64,000 nt of DNA from Muribaculaceae bacterium (lineage in GTDB: Bacteria; Bacteroidota; Bacteroidia; Bacteroidales; Muribaculaceae). The position numbers and the translations under genes are program-made. The stretch spans positions 10,772-74,771 of the forward strand of contig JAFSPZ010000025.1 in assembly GCA_017451225.1 (NCBI GenBank), in the 5' to 3' direction. Positions 10,390 through 20,353 of this stretch are shown one piece after another. The notes under the pieces were generated by a model. The model was not told where the DNA came from. It ran no database searches and saw only the letters and a program-made list of their open reading frames with translations. The first letter of the stretch is position 1, and every line of letters begins with the position of its first letter.

Positions 10390-11706
10390 TTATAGCAATT
10401 CGGGAAGTTGGAACAGGCGGTTGCCGTTAGAGCCCTTGATAAGGATGTAGTAGCCCTCAATGGGATTGGCAGCAATAACAGCTTTCACGGCCTCAACGTC
10501 GGCAAACTTGCGGTAATCGCAGTCGATATCGTCGAACTCCTCCCCAACCAGCCACACCTGGTCGAAGGCGCACTCCTTGAGGCGGTTGACCATTGCAATG
10601 TGTTCCTCGCGGCTACTGGCGCCAAGTTCGCGCATCTCGCCCAGAATCGCCATCTTAGGCGACACCTGCATGAGCGAGAAGTTGTCTAGCGCTGCTGCCA
10701 TCGAGGTTGGGTTGGCGTTATAGGCATCTACAACGAGGTGGTTGCGGCCAGTCTCGGTGAGCTGCGAGCGGTTGTTCGACGGCACATATCCCGCTATTGC
10801 CTCGCTGATGGCACTTGGCTCAACACCGAAGTACAGCCCCACAGTCACTGCCGCCAGCACATTGTCAAGGTTGTAGCTTCCAATGAGGTGAGTAGCCACA
10901 TGGTGCCACTCGCCGCTACTGCGCCAGCGCAATCGCAAGAAGGGGTCGCAAGCAACTATCTCACCTTGCACATAGGCATCCTCTTGATGCTGTGAATATT
11001 TCACAGTCCTAACCCCTTGTGGCAGTATGCCCATGAGATGTTCATTGTCGGCATTAATGAAGATTACGCTGCCGTTGCGGGTTGCAAGGTTGTCATAAAG
11101 CTCGCCTTTGGTCTTAATCACTCCCTCAAATGAGCCAAAACCAAGCAAATGCGCTTTGCCCACGTTGGTGATAAGTCCGCAAGTGGGCTCAGCGGTCTCG
11201 ACCAGCGTCTTGATGTCGCCAGGGTGGCTGGCTCCCATCTCCACCACGGCAATATCGTGTTCGGGCGAGAGGCGCAACAGGGTCTTGGGCACACCCACGT
11301 CGTTATTGAAGTTGCCCTCGGTTGCCATTACGTTAAATTTCTGCGCCAATACTGTGCGAACCAGCTCCTTGGTAGTAGTCTTGCCGTTTGTGCCTGTAAT
11401 GCCCACAATGGGTATCGCAAACTGGCGACGATGCTCACGCGCCAGGTCTTTGAAAGCCTGCAACGCATCGGGGACAAGCATCATAAGTTTGCCATCGACA
11501 GGCTGCTCAAAAAATTGGTTATAAATCTGCTGGTCGTCGACCACGGCAAGTGCGCAGCCTTTTTCCAGAGCCTGAATGGCAAATTTGTTTCCATCGAACG
11601 ACTCTCCCTTGAGGGCAATAAAGATGCTACCCTCGGGGCAGTCGCGACTGTCGGTAGTCACCACTGGATGCTGCCTGTAGAAAGCGTATAGTTCTTGTAT
11701 ATTCAT
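10390..11706 (-). CDS. murF: UDP-N-acetylmuramoyl-tripeptide--D-alanyl-D-alanine ligase
   Basis: TDSR, GITGTNGKTTTKEL, NFNNDVGVP, EMGASH, DAYNANPTSM, IKGS. Confidence 0.95.
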   Translation of the reverse strand: MNIQELYAFYRQHPVVTTDSRDCPEGSIFIALKGESFDGNKFAIQALEKGCALAVVDDQQIYNQFFEQPVDGKLMMLVPDALQAFKDLAREHRRQFAIPIVGITGTNGKTTTKELVRTVLAQKFNVMATEGNFNNDVGVPKTLLRLSPEHDIAVVEMGASHPGDIKTLVETAEPTCGLITNVGKAHLLGFGSFEGVIKTKGELYDNLATRNGSVIFINADNEHLMGILPQGVRTVKYSQHQEDAYVQGEIVACDPFLRLRWRSSGEWHHVATHLIGSYNLDNVLAAVTVGLYFGVEPSAISEAIAGYVPSNNRSQLTETGRNHLVVDAYNANPTSMAAALDNFSLMQVSPKMAILGEMRELGASSREEHIAMVNRLKECAFDQVWLVGEEFDDIDCDYRKFADVEAVKAVIAANPIEGYYILIKGSNGNRLFQLPELL

Positions 11707-11966
11707 GATTAGTACTATTTAAGCCACAAAGTTACACATAATGTTTTTAATAACGTGAACTTATAAAGAAAAATTGTCGAAAGCGGCCGACTACCTTTTT
11801 AGGGGGATTATAATCTTTTCTTTTGATTTTTTGAGATTTATCTTGCTCTTTTTATTATTTTTCTTAACTTTGCAACATCACATTTAGCATAAGCCAAACC
11901 AAAGATTGGGCAAACCAAATTTTTATACACAATTATTTAATTTATTTACTAAAATCCACCAAGAAA

Positions 11967-14180
11967 ATGAAAAAATTCTTACTTTTTTTGGCTGTACTAG
12001 CAGTCAACGTAATGTCACTTAGTGCACAGGACGAATTAACCGTTGCCGACGGCACTAACACCAACGTTTATCTTCCCATTTACGGAAGCTATTGCGACAC
12101 TGAGGGTACAATCGGTCAGATGATTTACCCCAAGGCTGACCTTGCCGATATGGCAGGGAAAGACATCAGTAAGGTGTCGTTCTACACAGCAGCACTTCCT
12201 GAAAAAGTGAATGGCTGTGTACTTCAAATCTCGCTCAAAGAGGTTGAAGAAGAGACTTTTGAATATCCTGAAGGTACCTACAGCTATGTTCCTTTTACCG
12301 ACTTGACTGCCTGCGGCACCACCACATTGGTGACAGGAGAAACTGGTTACTCTTTTGAGTTCGACACTCCTTTCCATTACAGTGGAGACAATAACCTTGT
12401 TGTTGAGGTAAAGGTTATCACCGTTTCAAATTGGGCATCATTCAGCGCTTACGGAGTTAGCCAACCAACCGGTCACGTAACCGGTCTTGCAGTATACGGT
12501 TCTCAAAAAAGTGGTCAAGCTTTCTTGCCAAAAGCCACCTTTGAATACTCAGGCGAACCAGTAGACTATGAGGTTAAGGTCACTCCTGCATCTCTCGATT
12601 TTGGAAGAGTGTTCATCAACGAGGATTCTACTATTAACGTAACTGTTCTTAACAGGGGCATCATGCCTGTTACTCCTTCAATCAATGCTCTTGAGGCACC
12701 ATTCAGCACCACTTGGACTCCTACAGAGTTAGCTACTGGACAAAGCACTGTTATTCCAGTGAAGTATGCTCCTACTGCCGAAGGTAGCCACACTGGCACT
12801 CTCATCGTTAATTGTGGCGAAGCTGGCACTTTCAATGTTGCCCTAAAGGGTGCTTCAATCGAGAAAGGCAGCGAAATGACAGTATGCGACGCAACCAATA
12901 CCAACAGCTACATTCCTGTTTATGGTTCTTATATTGACACTCAAGACACCCAGAGTCAGTTCATTTATCCTGCCTCGAAGCTTTCTGAGATCAACGGCCG
13001 TGCCATCACAAGCGTTACATTCTACCCACAAAGCAAGATTAGTTTCTCGGGTTGCAAGATTCAACTCTCGGTCAAGGTTGTTGATTATAATGAATTTGAA
13101 TACGAAACATCAACAACAGCTCCCAACAACCCTGTAACTGAGATGACTGTAGTTGGAACTGTTGTTCCCACTGCCGATGATACCGAACTAAAATTTGTCT
13201 TTGATGAGCCATTTGAATACAATGGTGGAAACCTTGCTTTTGAAACATATGTGTTAGAAACTGGCACTTATTCTTCATGTTCATTCCTGGGTGAGACACA
13301 AACTACAACCAGCGCATTCTGCTCTTACAAGTCTTGGAGCGGCAGCGTTAACTACACTTATCAAAAGTTCTTGCCCAAGATGTACGTAACCACAGTTGCT
13401 GGCGGCGAGCAGCCTGTTGAGGAGGGCATCACTCTTGCCGAGATGCTCGAGACTGGTGTTAACGACACTGAGTACACCATCAGCGACGACCTCGCAGTGG
13501 TTGAAATTGCCAACAATGCCGACTATGCATTCCTCACCGACGGTGAGAACTGGATTAAAGTTGAGTTTAACGAGGAGAACGAGGATGCCTTCTACAACGA
13601 CTACATCAAGGGCGGAACTCTCAAGGGCACCCTCAAGGATATTGAGCTTAACCCCTACCTCGTTGCTACAGCAACTCCCGAGGCAGGTGAGACTGCAGTA
13701 GATTATGAAATTGTCACTGTTGATCTTGTAGACGCTTTCACTCTTAAGGTTAACCAGGTTGCCGAGATTCTTGGTTACTGGAATGAAGCCGACGGCGCTC
13801 TCCGCGCTTATGCTCCTGCAAATGGAGCTCAAGGCCAGAGCATGACAGTAAACACCGCTTGGGCAGGCGACAACATCACACTTGTGGATGGTCACCTCTA
13901 CCAGATTCGCAGCGCCATCACTCTCAAAGAGGCTTGGAACGACAACACTTCGGGCAAAGGTCTGAAAGACTATGACTACGACTTCCAGAACTACATTGCC
14001 AACGCACTCATCGCTCCCAGCACTCCCACTGGCATTGAGAACCTCAACCTCAGCAACGTAAAGAGCGTGCGCTACTACAACGTAGCCGGTATCGAGAGCG
14101 CTACTCCATTCAAGGGTATCAACATCGTGGTAATGGAGATGAACGATGGCTCTAAGAAGACCGTGAAAGTTGTGAAATAA
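11967..14180 (+). CDS. Secreted surface protein: two homologous beta-rich domains around an Ig-like (ASH/choice-of-anchor D-like) domain, T9SS-type C-terminus
   Basis: Signal peptide; internal repeat ELTVADGTNTN.YLPIYGSY / EMTVCDATNTN.YIPVYGSY; VTPASLDFG Ig start; C-terminus TGIENL...YYNVAG...KVVK. Confidence 0.7.
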   Translation: MKKFLLFLAVLAVNVMSLSAQDELTVADGTNTNVYLPIYGSYCDTEGTIGQMIYPKADLADMAGKDISKVSFYTAALPEKVNGCVLQISLKEVEEETFEYPEGTYSYVPFTDLTACGTTTLVTGETGYSFEFDTPFHYSGDNNLVVEVKVITVSNWASFSAYGVSQPTGHVTGLAVYGSQKSGQAFLPKATFEYSGEPVDYEVKVTPASLDFGRVFINEDSTINVTVLNRGIMPVTPSINALEAPFSTTWTPTELATGQSTVIPVKYAPTAEGSHTGTLIVNCGEAGTFNVALKGASIEKGSEMTVCDATNTNSYIPVYGSYIDTQDTQSQFIYPASKLSEINGRAITSVTFYPQSKISFSGCKIQLSVKVVDYNEFEYETSTTAPNNPVTEMTVVGTVVPTADDTELKFVFDEPFEYNGGNLAFETYVLETGTYSSCSFLGETQTTTSAFCSYKSWSGSVNYTYQKFLPKMYVTTVAGGEQPVEEGITLAEMLETGVNDTEYTISDDLAVVEIANNADYAFLTDGENWIKVEFNEENEDAFYNDYIKGGTLKGTLKDIELNPYLVATATPEAGETAVDYEIVTVDLVDAFTLKVNQVAEILGYWNEADGALRAYAPANGAQGQSMTVNTAWAGDNITLVDGHLYQIRSAITLKEAWNDNTSGKGLKDYDYDFQNYIANALIAPSTPTGIENLNLSNVKSVRYYNVAGIESATPFKGINIVVMEMNDGSKKTVKVVK

Positions 14181-14217
14181 TTCTCATCAATTGAACGAGG
14201 AATTCCCGTTTAATCCC

Positions 14218-14264
14218 AAAATGCTTGGCACCATGGTGGCGGTGCCAAGCATTTTCTTTTTTTT
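14218..14264 (+). terminator. Intrinsic terminator
   Basis: AAAATGCTTGGCACC/GGTGCCAAGCATTTT hairpin followed by a T-run. Confidence 0.85.
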
Positions 14265-14331
14265 GAGAAAATTTGGTAATTCACGTCGGTAGTAGTAACT
14301 TTGCAGTAGAAAATAACACAAAAGCACATTA

Positions 14332-15342
14332 ATGAAAAAGACAAAACGAAACATCGCCATTGTGTGTGGTGGCGACTCATCGGAGCATGAGGTGTCGCTG
14401 CGCTCGGCCCAAGGGCTGTACAGTTGGTTTGATCGCAACCGCTACAACGTTTATATTGTAGTTATCAGGAAGAACGACTGGCACGTGAACCTTCACGACG
14501 GCAGTATAGCCCCCATCGACAAGAATGATTTCTCATTTAAAAGCAAAGACAAAAAAGGCGAGAAAACGACTTTTGACTACGCCTATATCACTATCCACGG
14601 CACTCCTGGCGAGAACGGCATCCTGCAAGGCTATTTCGACCTCATCAATCTGCCCTACTCCACCTGCAGCGTGCTTGTCGAGGCATTGACATTCAACAAA
14701 TACATGCTCAACAACTACATGCGCCCCTTTGGCGTCACAGTTGCCGACAGCATCCTGCTCATCAAGGACGTGGAGCGCAACATCACCGAAGACGACATTG
14801 AGCGCGAGCTGGGCATGCCATGTTTTGTAAAACCCACCGACGACGGCTCAAGTTTTGGCGTGACCAAGGTGAAGGAAAAAAACCAGCTGGCTCCTGCCAT
14901 CAAGAATGCTTTCAAGCAGTTTAACCAGGTTATGGTGGAACGCTTCCTCGACGGTGTGGAAGTGACAGTGGGATGCTACAAGACCAAAAAGAAGAGCGTA
15001 GTGTTTCCTGTAACAGAAGTTGTCACCGACAATGAGTTCTTTGACTATGACGCTAAATACAACGGTCAGGTCGAAGAAATCACGCCAGCTCGCATCAGCC
15101 CTGAGCTCACCGCCGCCCTTCAAGCTGAGACGAGCCGCATCTATGACATCTTGCATTGCAACGGAATCATACGCGTGGACTACATCGTGACCAAGAACGA
15201 GGACGGTAGCGACTGCATCAACATGCTTGAGGTGAACACCACTCCCGGCATGACAGCCACCAGCTTCATCCCTCAGCAGGTTGCCGCCGCAGGCTTGAGC
15301 ATGAAAGACGTGCTCACCGACATCGTCGAGAATCAGTTCTAA
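14332..15342 (+). CDS. ddl: D-alanine--D-alanine ligase
   Basis: GGDSSEHEVSLRS, IHGTPGENG, FVKP..GSS.GV, FFDYDAKY, LEVNTTPG. Confidence 0.95.
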   Translation: MKKTKRNIAIVCGGDSSEHEVSLRSAQGLYSWFDRNRYNVYIVVIRKNDWHVNLHDGSIAPIDKNDFSFKSKDKKGEKTTFDYAYITIHGTPGENGILQGYFDLINLPYSTCSVLVEALTFNKYMLNNYMRPFGVTVADSILLIKDVERNITEDDIERELGMPCFVKPTDDGSSFGVTKVKEKNQLAPAIKNAFKQFNQVMVERFLDGVEVTVGCYKTKKKSVVFPVTEVVTDNEFFDYDAKYNGQVEEITPARISPELTAALQAETSRIYDILHCNGIIRVDYIVTKNEDGSDCINMLEVNTTPGMTATSFIPQQVAAAGLSMKDVLTDIVENQF

Positions 15343-15357
15343 GGCGCTCCGCGCCGG

Positions 15358-15530
15358 GAAACGAGATATCAGAAACGAGATATCAGAAACGAGAAACTGA
15401 CTTCTGGCCTCTGACTTCTGATTTCTGATTTCTGACCTCTGATTTCTGACCTCTGATTTCTGACCTCTGATTTCTGACCTCTGATTTCTGACTTCTGAAT
15501 TCTGACCTCTGATTTCTGAATTCTGAGAAA
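15358..15530. repeat. Two-armed heptamer tandem array
   Basis: GAAACGA/GATATCA units, then many CTGACCT/CTGATTT units, filling the intergenic gap. Confidence 0.9.
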
Positions 15531-15532
15531 CT

Positions 15533-16123
15533 ATGACCATCGAGCCTTTCAATATAGCCAATATCGACATCGTTGCTGCGATGCTTGACAAGATGTGGAA
15601 AAAGGACATTTTCAACGGCATTGAGCACAGCTTTGAACTCTCGCGAGAAGTGGTGCTAAACCTGTTCTTTGACCCTCAACTTGCTCTCCAGGCTTGCGAC
15701 GAAAACGGAGAAATGCAAGCACTGGCTCTTGCCCGCATGAAAAACGATGTCAACACATCGAAACAATGGATTGAGGACTTCTTGGTGGACAAAGATGACA
15801 ACGAGCGCAAAAAGGTGCTTGAAGCCATATCCTATCTGCTTCGAACCGAGCGCGTAATGCTCAATCTCATGTGCGAAGACAGCGCCAAGTTCTCGTTCCT
15901 GATAAGCTATAAGCGAGGTTATGCCAAAGCGCTGCAGGAGCGACTCATGAAGATGCTCACCGACCGCGGCGTGCGATGGACTTATCACATCACCGACAGC
16001 ACCTGCTCATGGCAATACTTTGACGAGCACGGCTTTGAGAGAGTGCATGAGGAGCTAATTGAAAGATTCAGCACTCCCACTAAACCTTATTATTGCTACA
16101 TGTACCGCAAGTGCATACAATAA
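15533..16123 (+). CDS. Hypothetical protein, possible GNAT fold
   Basis: 196-aa ORF; weak GNAT-like signature KRGYAKAL...TDSTCSWQYFDEHGFE. Confidence 0.55.
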   Translation: MTIEPFNIANIDIVAAMLDKMWKKDIFNGIEHSFELSREVVLNLFFDPQLALQACDENGEMQALALARMKNDVNTSKQWIEDFLVDKDDNERKKVLEAISYLLRTERVMLNLMCEDSAKFSFLISYKRGYAKALQERLMKMLTDRGVRWTYHITDSTCSWQYFDEHGFERVHEELIERFSTPTKPYYCYMYRKCIQ

Positions 16124-16135
16124 CCATCCCTACTC

Positions 16136-17230
16136 ATGAATACAACTTCCATCACCCATAATCCCATGCCGATGACAGGCAAAAAGGTTCAACTATGGAT
16201 TGACATCTTTTTCTGCCTCGTGCTACTGCCACTCATGATTTATTTGTTGCCCATCGAGCGGTGGTTCCAAAGCAACACGCTCTTTGTGTGCCTGCTTGTT
16301 GGCTGGCTTTATATGGTGTATTTTATAAACCGTGTTTTCACCGTTCCATCATTGTTTCGAAACCGCACGCGCTTGATATGGGCATTGCTGGTTGTGATAG
16401 CAATGATTGCCATCACCTACCTGCTCACACGCTACAAGATGGAATTCCCGTGGCACAACCATCGTCCACCAGGCATGGGCGATGCGCCACGACGTCCCAT
16501 GTCGGCATCACGTCTTCGACTTCACCAGCAGGCGGTGTGGTTCCTGTTTGTGATAGTGACCACATTCAGCATCGCCATTGGCTTGCTTGGAGAGTTGTAC
16601 CGCCAACGTGCGCGCCGTCAAGAGCTTGAGGCAGCCAAAAACAAGGCCGAGCTGTCGCTCTACAAGGCACAGATTGACCCTCACTTCCTGTTCAACACCC
16701 TTAACACCCTCTACAGCATGGTGGTGACCCAGAGTCCCAAGACCGAAGACGCCTTCATGCAGTTTATTGACATAACACGCTACATCTACAACAATGCCAA
16801 CCAGGACAGCGTTGCCGTTGAAGACGAAGCCCAATATCTGCAACAGTACATCGACTTGCAGCGCAACCGCATGAATGAATGCACAACAGTGAACTTTGAC
16901 TACAACAACGACCACACTCATCCCGGGCTAACCATTGCCCCCATGCTGCTCATCACCTTTGTGGAAAACGCTCTGAAATATGGCGTAAGCTCAAGCGTGG
17001 AAACTGTAATTAACTTGGCATTGAAGGTGAAAAACGGCGTGCTAACCCTCAGGACTGAAAATCCCGTCCGCACCAAGCCCAACGATGAGAACCACGTGGG
17101 AATAGGCATCGAGAACTGCCGCAAGCGCTTAGACCTCATCTATGGGGACCGATACAGCCTCGACATTGACAACAGTGACGATATTTTCAATGTGAATCTA
17201 ACCATCAATCTAAAGCAAGACACACCATGA
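16136..17230 (+). CDS. LytS/YehU-type sensor histidine kinase
   Basis: Four N-terminal TM helices; AELSLYKAQIDPHFLFNTLN, PMLLITFVENALKYG, GIGIENCRKRL. Confidence 0.92.
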   Translation: MNTTSITHNPMPMTGKKVQLWIDIFFCLVLLPLMIYLLPIERWFQSNTLFVCLLVGWLYMVYFINRVFTVPSLFRNRTRLIWALLVVIAMIAITYLLTRYKMEFPWHNHRPPGMGDAPRRPMSASRLRLHQQAVWFLFVIVTTFSIAIGLLGELYRQRARRQELEAAKNKAELSLYKAQIDPHFLFNTLNTLYSMVVTQSPKTEDAFMQFIDITRYIYNNANQDSVAVEDEAQYLQQYIDLQRNRMNECTTVNFDYNNDHTHPGLTIAPMLLITFVENALKYGVSSSVETVINLALKVKNGVLTLRTENPVRTKPNDENHVGIGIENCRKRLDLIYGDRYSLDIDNSDDIFNVNLTINLKQDTP

Positions 17231-17916
17231 AATGTGTAGCAATCGACGATGAACCCATGGCTCTTGAAGTTATCAAAAACTTCTGCCAGCGCATGGGCGA
17301 CATGGACCTAGAAACCTTCACCAATCCGCTCGTTGGCATTGAACACGTGAAACGCATGCATCCCCAGCTGCTGTTCCTTGATGTGAAGATGGGCGAAGTG
17401 AGTGGCGTTAATCTTGCAAAGGAAATTCCGCAAGGCACATTCCTGGTGTTCACCACCGCCTATGCCCAGTTTGCCGTTGACGGTTTCGACCTTAACGCTG
17501 TCGATTTCCTTCACAAGCCGTTTTCTTTTGGCCGATTTGAAAAAGCCGTGACCAAAGTAAAAAATGCCATCCGGCTTGTGAACTACAGCGCGGCACCTCC
17601 CCTTGAAGGCGAAGAAATCACAGTGAAAGTAGAGTATAAGAACGTGACCATAAAGCTCGGCTCCATTCTTTACATACAAGCAATGGACAACTATGTGAAG
17701 ATATTCACCGTCGACAGCCGTCCAATTATGCCACAATTGAGCATGAAATCGCTCGAGGCAATGCTTCCCGACGATGAGTTTGTGCGCGTTCACAAGAGCT
17801 ATATAGTGCCTCGGCACCGCATCGAGAGCTATTCCCGCACGCTGGTTGTTCTCACTGGAGGAACCGAAATTCCCGTAGGCCGCGCCTATGCCCTCAAATT
17901 AATGAGTAATGCATAA
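17227..17916 (+). CDS. LytTR-family response regulator
   Basis: REC domain (IDDEP, LFLDV, FTTAY, KP) plus LytTR domain (FVRVHKSYIV, IPVGR); overlaps the kinase stop. Confidence 0.93.
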   Translation: MKCVAIDDEPMALEVIKNFCQRMGDMDLETFTNPLVGIEHVKRMHPQLLFLDVKMGEVSGVNLAKEIPQGTFLVFTTAYAQFAVDGFDLNAVDFLHKPFSFGRFEKAVTKVKNAIRLVNYSAAPPLEGEEITVKVEYKNVTIKLGSILYIQAMDNYVKIFTVDSRPIMPQLSMKSLEAMLPDDEFVRVHKSYIVPRHRIESYSRTLVVLTGGTEIPVGRAYALKLMSNA

Positions 17917-17944
17917 TGAGAGTAAATAATAATACATCTAAACT

Positions 17945-18583
17945 ATGACACCACTTGAAACAAGAAACCGACTATTGGGAGAGAAACTCATAAAGAACCT
18001 GCAACGACGCAACATCGAGGCGTTTTACTGCCCCACTGCTCATGAAGCTGTGGCCAAGGTTCAAGAACTCATTGCCGACGGCAGCAGCGTGACCTGGGGC
18101 GGCTCGATGACCGTGCGCGACATGGGATTGCCACAGGCGTTGAAAGACCGCGGCACTCTCAATGTTCTTGACCGTGACGTGATTGAAGATCCCGAACAGA
18201 AGCAGCAGATGTACCTGCGCGCCTTCACTGCCGACGTCTATCTGTCGAGCGCCAACGCCATGAGCGAAGACGGTGTGATAGTCAACATTGACGGCAATGG
18301 CAACCGTGTGGCTGCAATCACATGGGGACCCAAGAAAGTGATTTTCATTATTGGCCTCAACAAGGTGGCACAAACCATTGAAACCGCCATTGCACGAGCA
18401 CGCAGCGTAGCCTCTCCCATCAATGCCCAGCGCTTCGACATCAAGACTCCCTGCCAGGTGGATGGCGTGTGCCACAACTGCAACAGCCCCGAGAGCATAT
18501 GCAGCTACATCCATCTGCTACGCAACAGCCGCACTCAGGGCCGTCACGTGGTGGTGCTCGTGGGTGAGAATTTAGGATACTGA
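17945..18583 (+). CDS. LUD-domain (lactate utilization/DUF1121-like) protein
   Basis: WGGSMT, YLSSANAMSEDG.IVNIDGNGNRVAA, PC..DG.CHNC.SP..IC, LVGENLGY. Confidence 0.85.
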   Translation: MTPLETRNRLLGEKLIKNLQRRNIEAFYCPTAHEAVAKVQELIADGSSVTWGGSMTVRDMGLPQALKDRGTLNVLDRDVIEDPEQKQQMYLRAFTADVYLSSANAMSEDGVIVNIDGNGNRVAAITWGPKKVIFIIGLNKVAQTIETAIARARSVASPINAQRFDIKTPCQVDGVCHNCNSPESICSYIHLLRNSRTQGRHVVVLVGENLGY

Positions 18584-18664
18584 GCTCACACAATAAACAC
18601 ACACAGTTCTATAACTTAAGGCAAGCATCACAAGTAACTTATACATTAAGCCCAAAACTCTATT

Positions 18665-20248
18665 ATGAAAAAGATTATTTTGATTGTTCTGGCACTCACG
18701 TGTTTTGCAGGGGCATGGAGCAAAACCAGCGAGAACAAGCTGCAGTTCGACCCCACCAGGGGCGAGAACCGCACCATGACGATGCTGGATGGAAGCACTG
18801 TCAACTATCGAGCTTACGAGAAACTCTACTATGTGACCAACGTTGAGGACTCGATGTATCAATATCTCAATGTGTATGTGCCCGAAACTGCTGCAAGCAA
18901 GTCGCCCATACTGCTGCGCACCTACGTGGGCGGCTACATGGCTTCACGCGCTGGTGAGCCCCAAGCAGGCGATGCCACCGGGCGAGCCCTCAAGGAAGGC
19001 ATGGTAGTGGTGATTCCCGGCACTCGAGGCCGCAACTCGAGTGTGACAGTCACTAAGAGCGACAAGAAAGCCGGGGTGAAAAAAGGAGACAAGATTTTTA
19101 CCGGTCGCGCTCCCAATGCCATTCTCGACCTGAAAGCGGCCATACGCTACATTCGCTATTTTGACGAGGAGATTCCCGGCGATGCCGAGAAGATATTCAC
19201 CGATGGCACAAGCGCCGGTGGAGCCATGTCGGCGCTGATGGGTGCTACTGGCAATCATCCCGACTATGAGCCACTGCTGCAGGCAATGGGAGCGGCACCA
19301 GTGCGCGACGACGTGTTTGCCAGCGTGTGCTACTGTCCTATTATCGACCTTGACCATGCCGACATGGCCTATGAATGGCTATACAACGGCACCGTCAGCC
19401 GTCAAGATGGTGACCTCAACGTGCTTGCCGTGAGCGATGAACTCAAGGCTCAATTCCCTGCCTATATTGAGAGTCTTGAACTGCGCACCGCCGACGGAAC
19501 CTTGCTCACAGCCTCCAACTATCTTGACTATATCAAGAAAGAACTCATTCGCTCGGCTCAGATTGCCAAGAATGCCGGAGCCGAGATCCCCGACTCGCTA
19601 GGATTCACGTTCAGTGAAGACACAGGCTTTGGAGCGCCTCCCGTCAATGGCGGCATGAACTCACCGGCAGGCAAAGCTCCATTGGGCCGTCAGCGCCCTG
19701 CCATGACACCCCCTGTGGGCGGCAGCAAGCGAGTGGGCGACTACATTCTAGACCTTAACATGGAGAAATATCTCAACTATGTGGCATCGACACAGCCACT
19801 CAAGACGGCTCCAGCCTTCGACACTCAAGGCGTTGCAGGGCAAAAGGGGTCGGGCGAGAACGAGGAGTTTGGCGATGCCACTGGCAGTAGCGTCAATTTC
19901 ACCCACTATGGCGCTATGAAAGCCGGCACAACGCTCACTCCCGACGTCGAGCGCAACGTGAGGCTGATGAACCCCATGAACTACATTGGCGACGATGAGA
20001 GCAGCGTGGCACAATACTGGTACCTGCGCCACGGTTCACGCGACCGCGACACCTCGTTCCCCGTTCCCATCAACCTGGCTCTCAAGTTGCAAAACACCGG
20101 CAAGAACGTGAATTTCCTGCTTGCTTGGAACCGCCCTCACAGCGGCGACTATGCCCTCGACGAAATGTTTCAGTGGATAAAGGAGTGCCTGCTGATGCAA
20201 GCAGTTAAAAATCATGCCATGACGCAAGCTCTTGAAACAAAGCCTTGA
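18665..20248 (+). CDS. Subtype B tannase-like alpha/beta hydrolase
   Basis: Signal peptide; VGGYM, AILDLKAAIRY, GTSAGGA nucleophile elbow, RHGSRDRDTS, HSGDY. Confidence 0.8.
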   Translation: MKKIILIVLALTCFAGAWSKTSENKLQFDPTRGENRTMTMLDGSTVNYRAYEKLYYVTNVEDSMYQYLNVYVPETAASKSPILLRTYVGGYMASRAGEPQAGDATGRALKEGMVVVIPGTRGRNSSVTVTKSDKKAGVKKGDKIFTGRAPNAILDLKAAIRYIRYFDEEIPGDAEKIFTDGTSAGGAMSALMGATGNHPDYEPLLQAMGAAPVRDDVFASVCYCPIIDLDHADMAYEWLYNGTVSRQDGDLNVLAVSDELKAQFPAYIESLELRTADGTLLTASNYLDYIKKELIRSAQIAKNAGAEIPDSLGFTFSEDTGFGAPPVNGGMNSPAGKAPLGRQRPAMTPPVGGSKRVGDYILDLNMEKYLNYVASTQPLKTAPAFDTQGVAGQKGSGENEEFGDATGSSVNFTHYGAMKAGTTLTPDVERNVRLMNPMNYIGDDESSVAQYWYLRHGSRDRDTSFPVPINLALKLQNTGKNVNFLLAWNRPHSGDYALDEMFQWIKECLLMQAVKNHAMTQALETKP

Positions 20249-20294
20249 GCGAACAAACCTAATTGAGCTGCTTTTTTGTTGCTACAACAAAAAA

Positions 20295-20331
20295 CAAGAG
20301 TTGTGAACCAGCACCGGCATCACAACTCTTG
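20295..20331. terminator. Bidirectional intrinsic terminator
   Basis: CAAGAGTTGTGA/TCACAACTCTTG inverted repeat between convergent genes. Confidence 0.8.
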
Positions 20332-20353
20332 CTATTTCTATTTTATTGCTTTG

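Noticed and set aside
14848-15628. Minus-strand ORFs with QKSEVRNQRSEIR repeats
   Set aside because: These are translations of the heptamer array and of antisense ddl.
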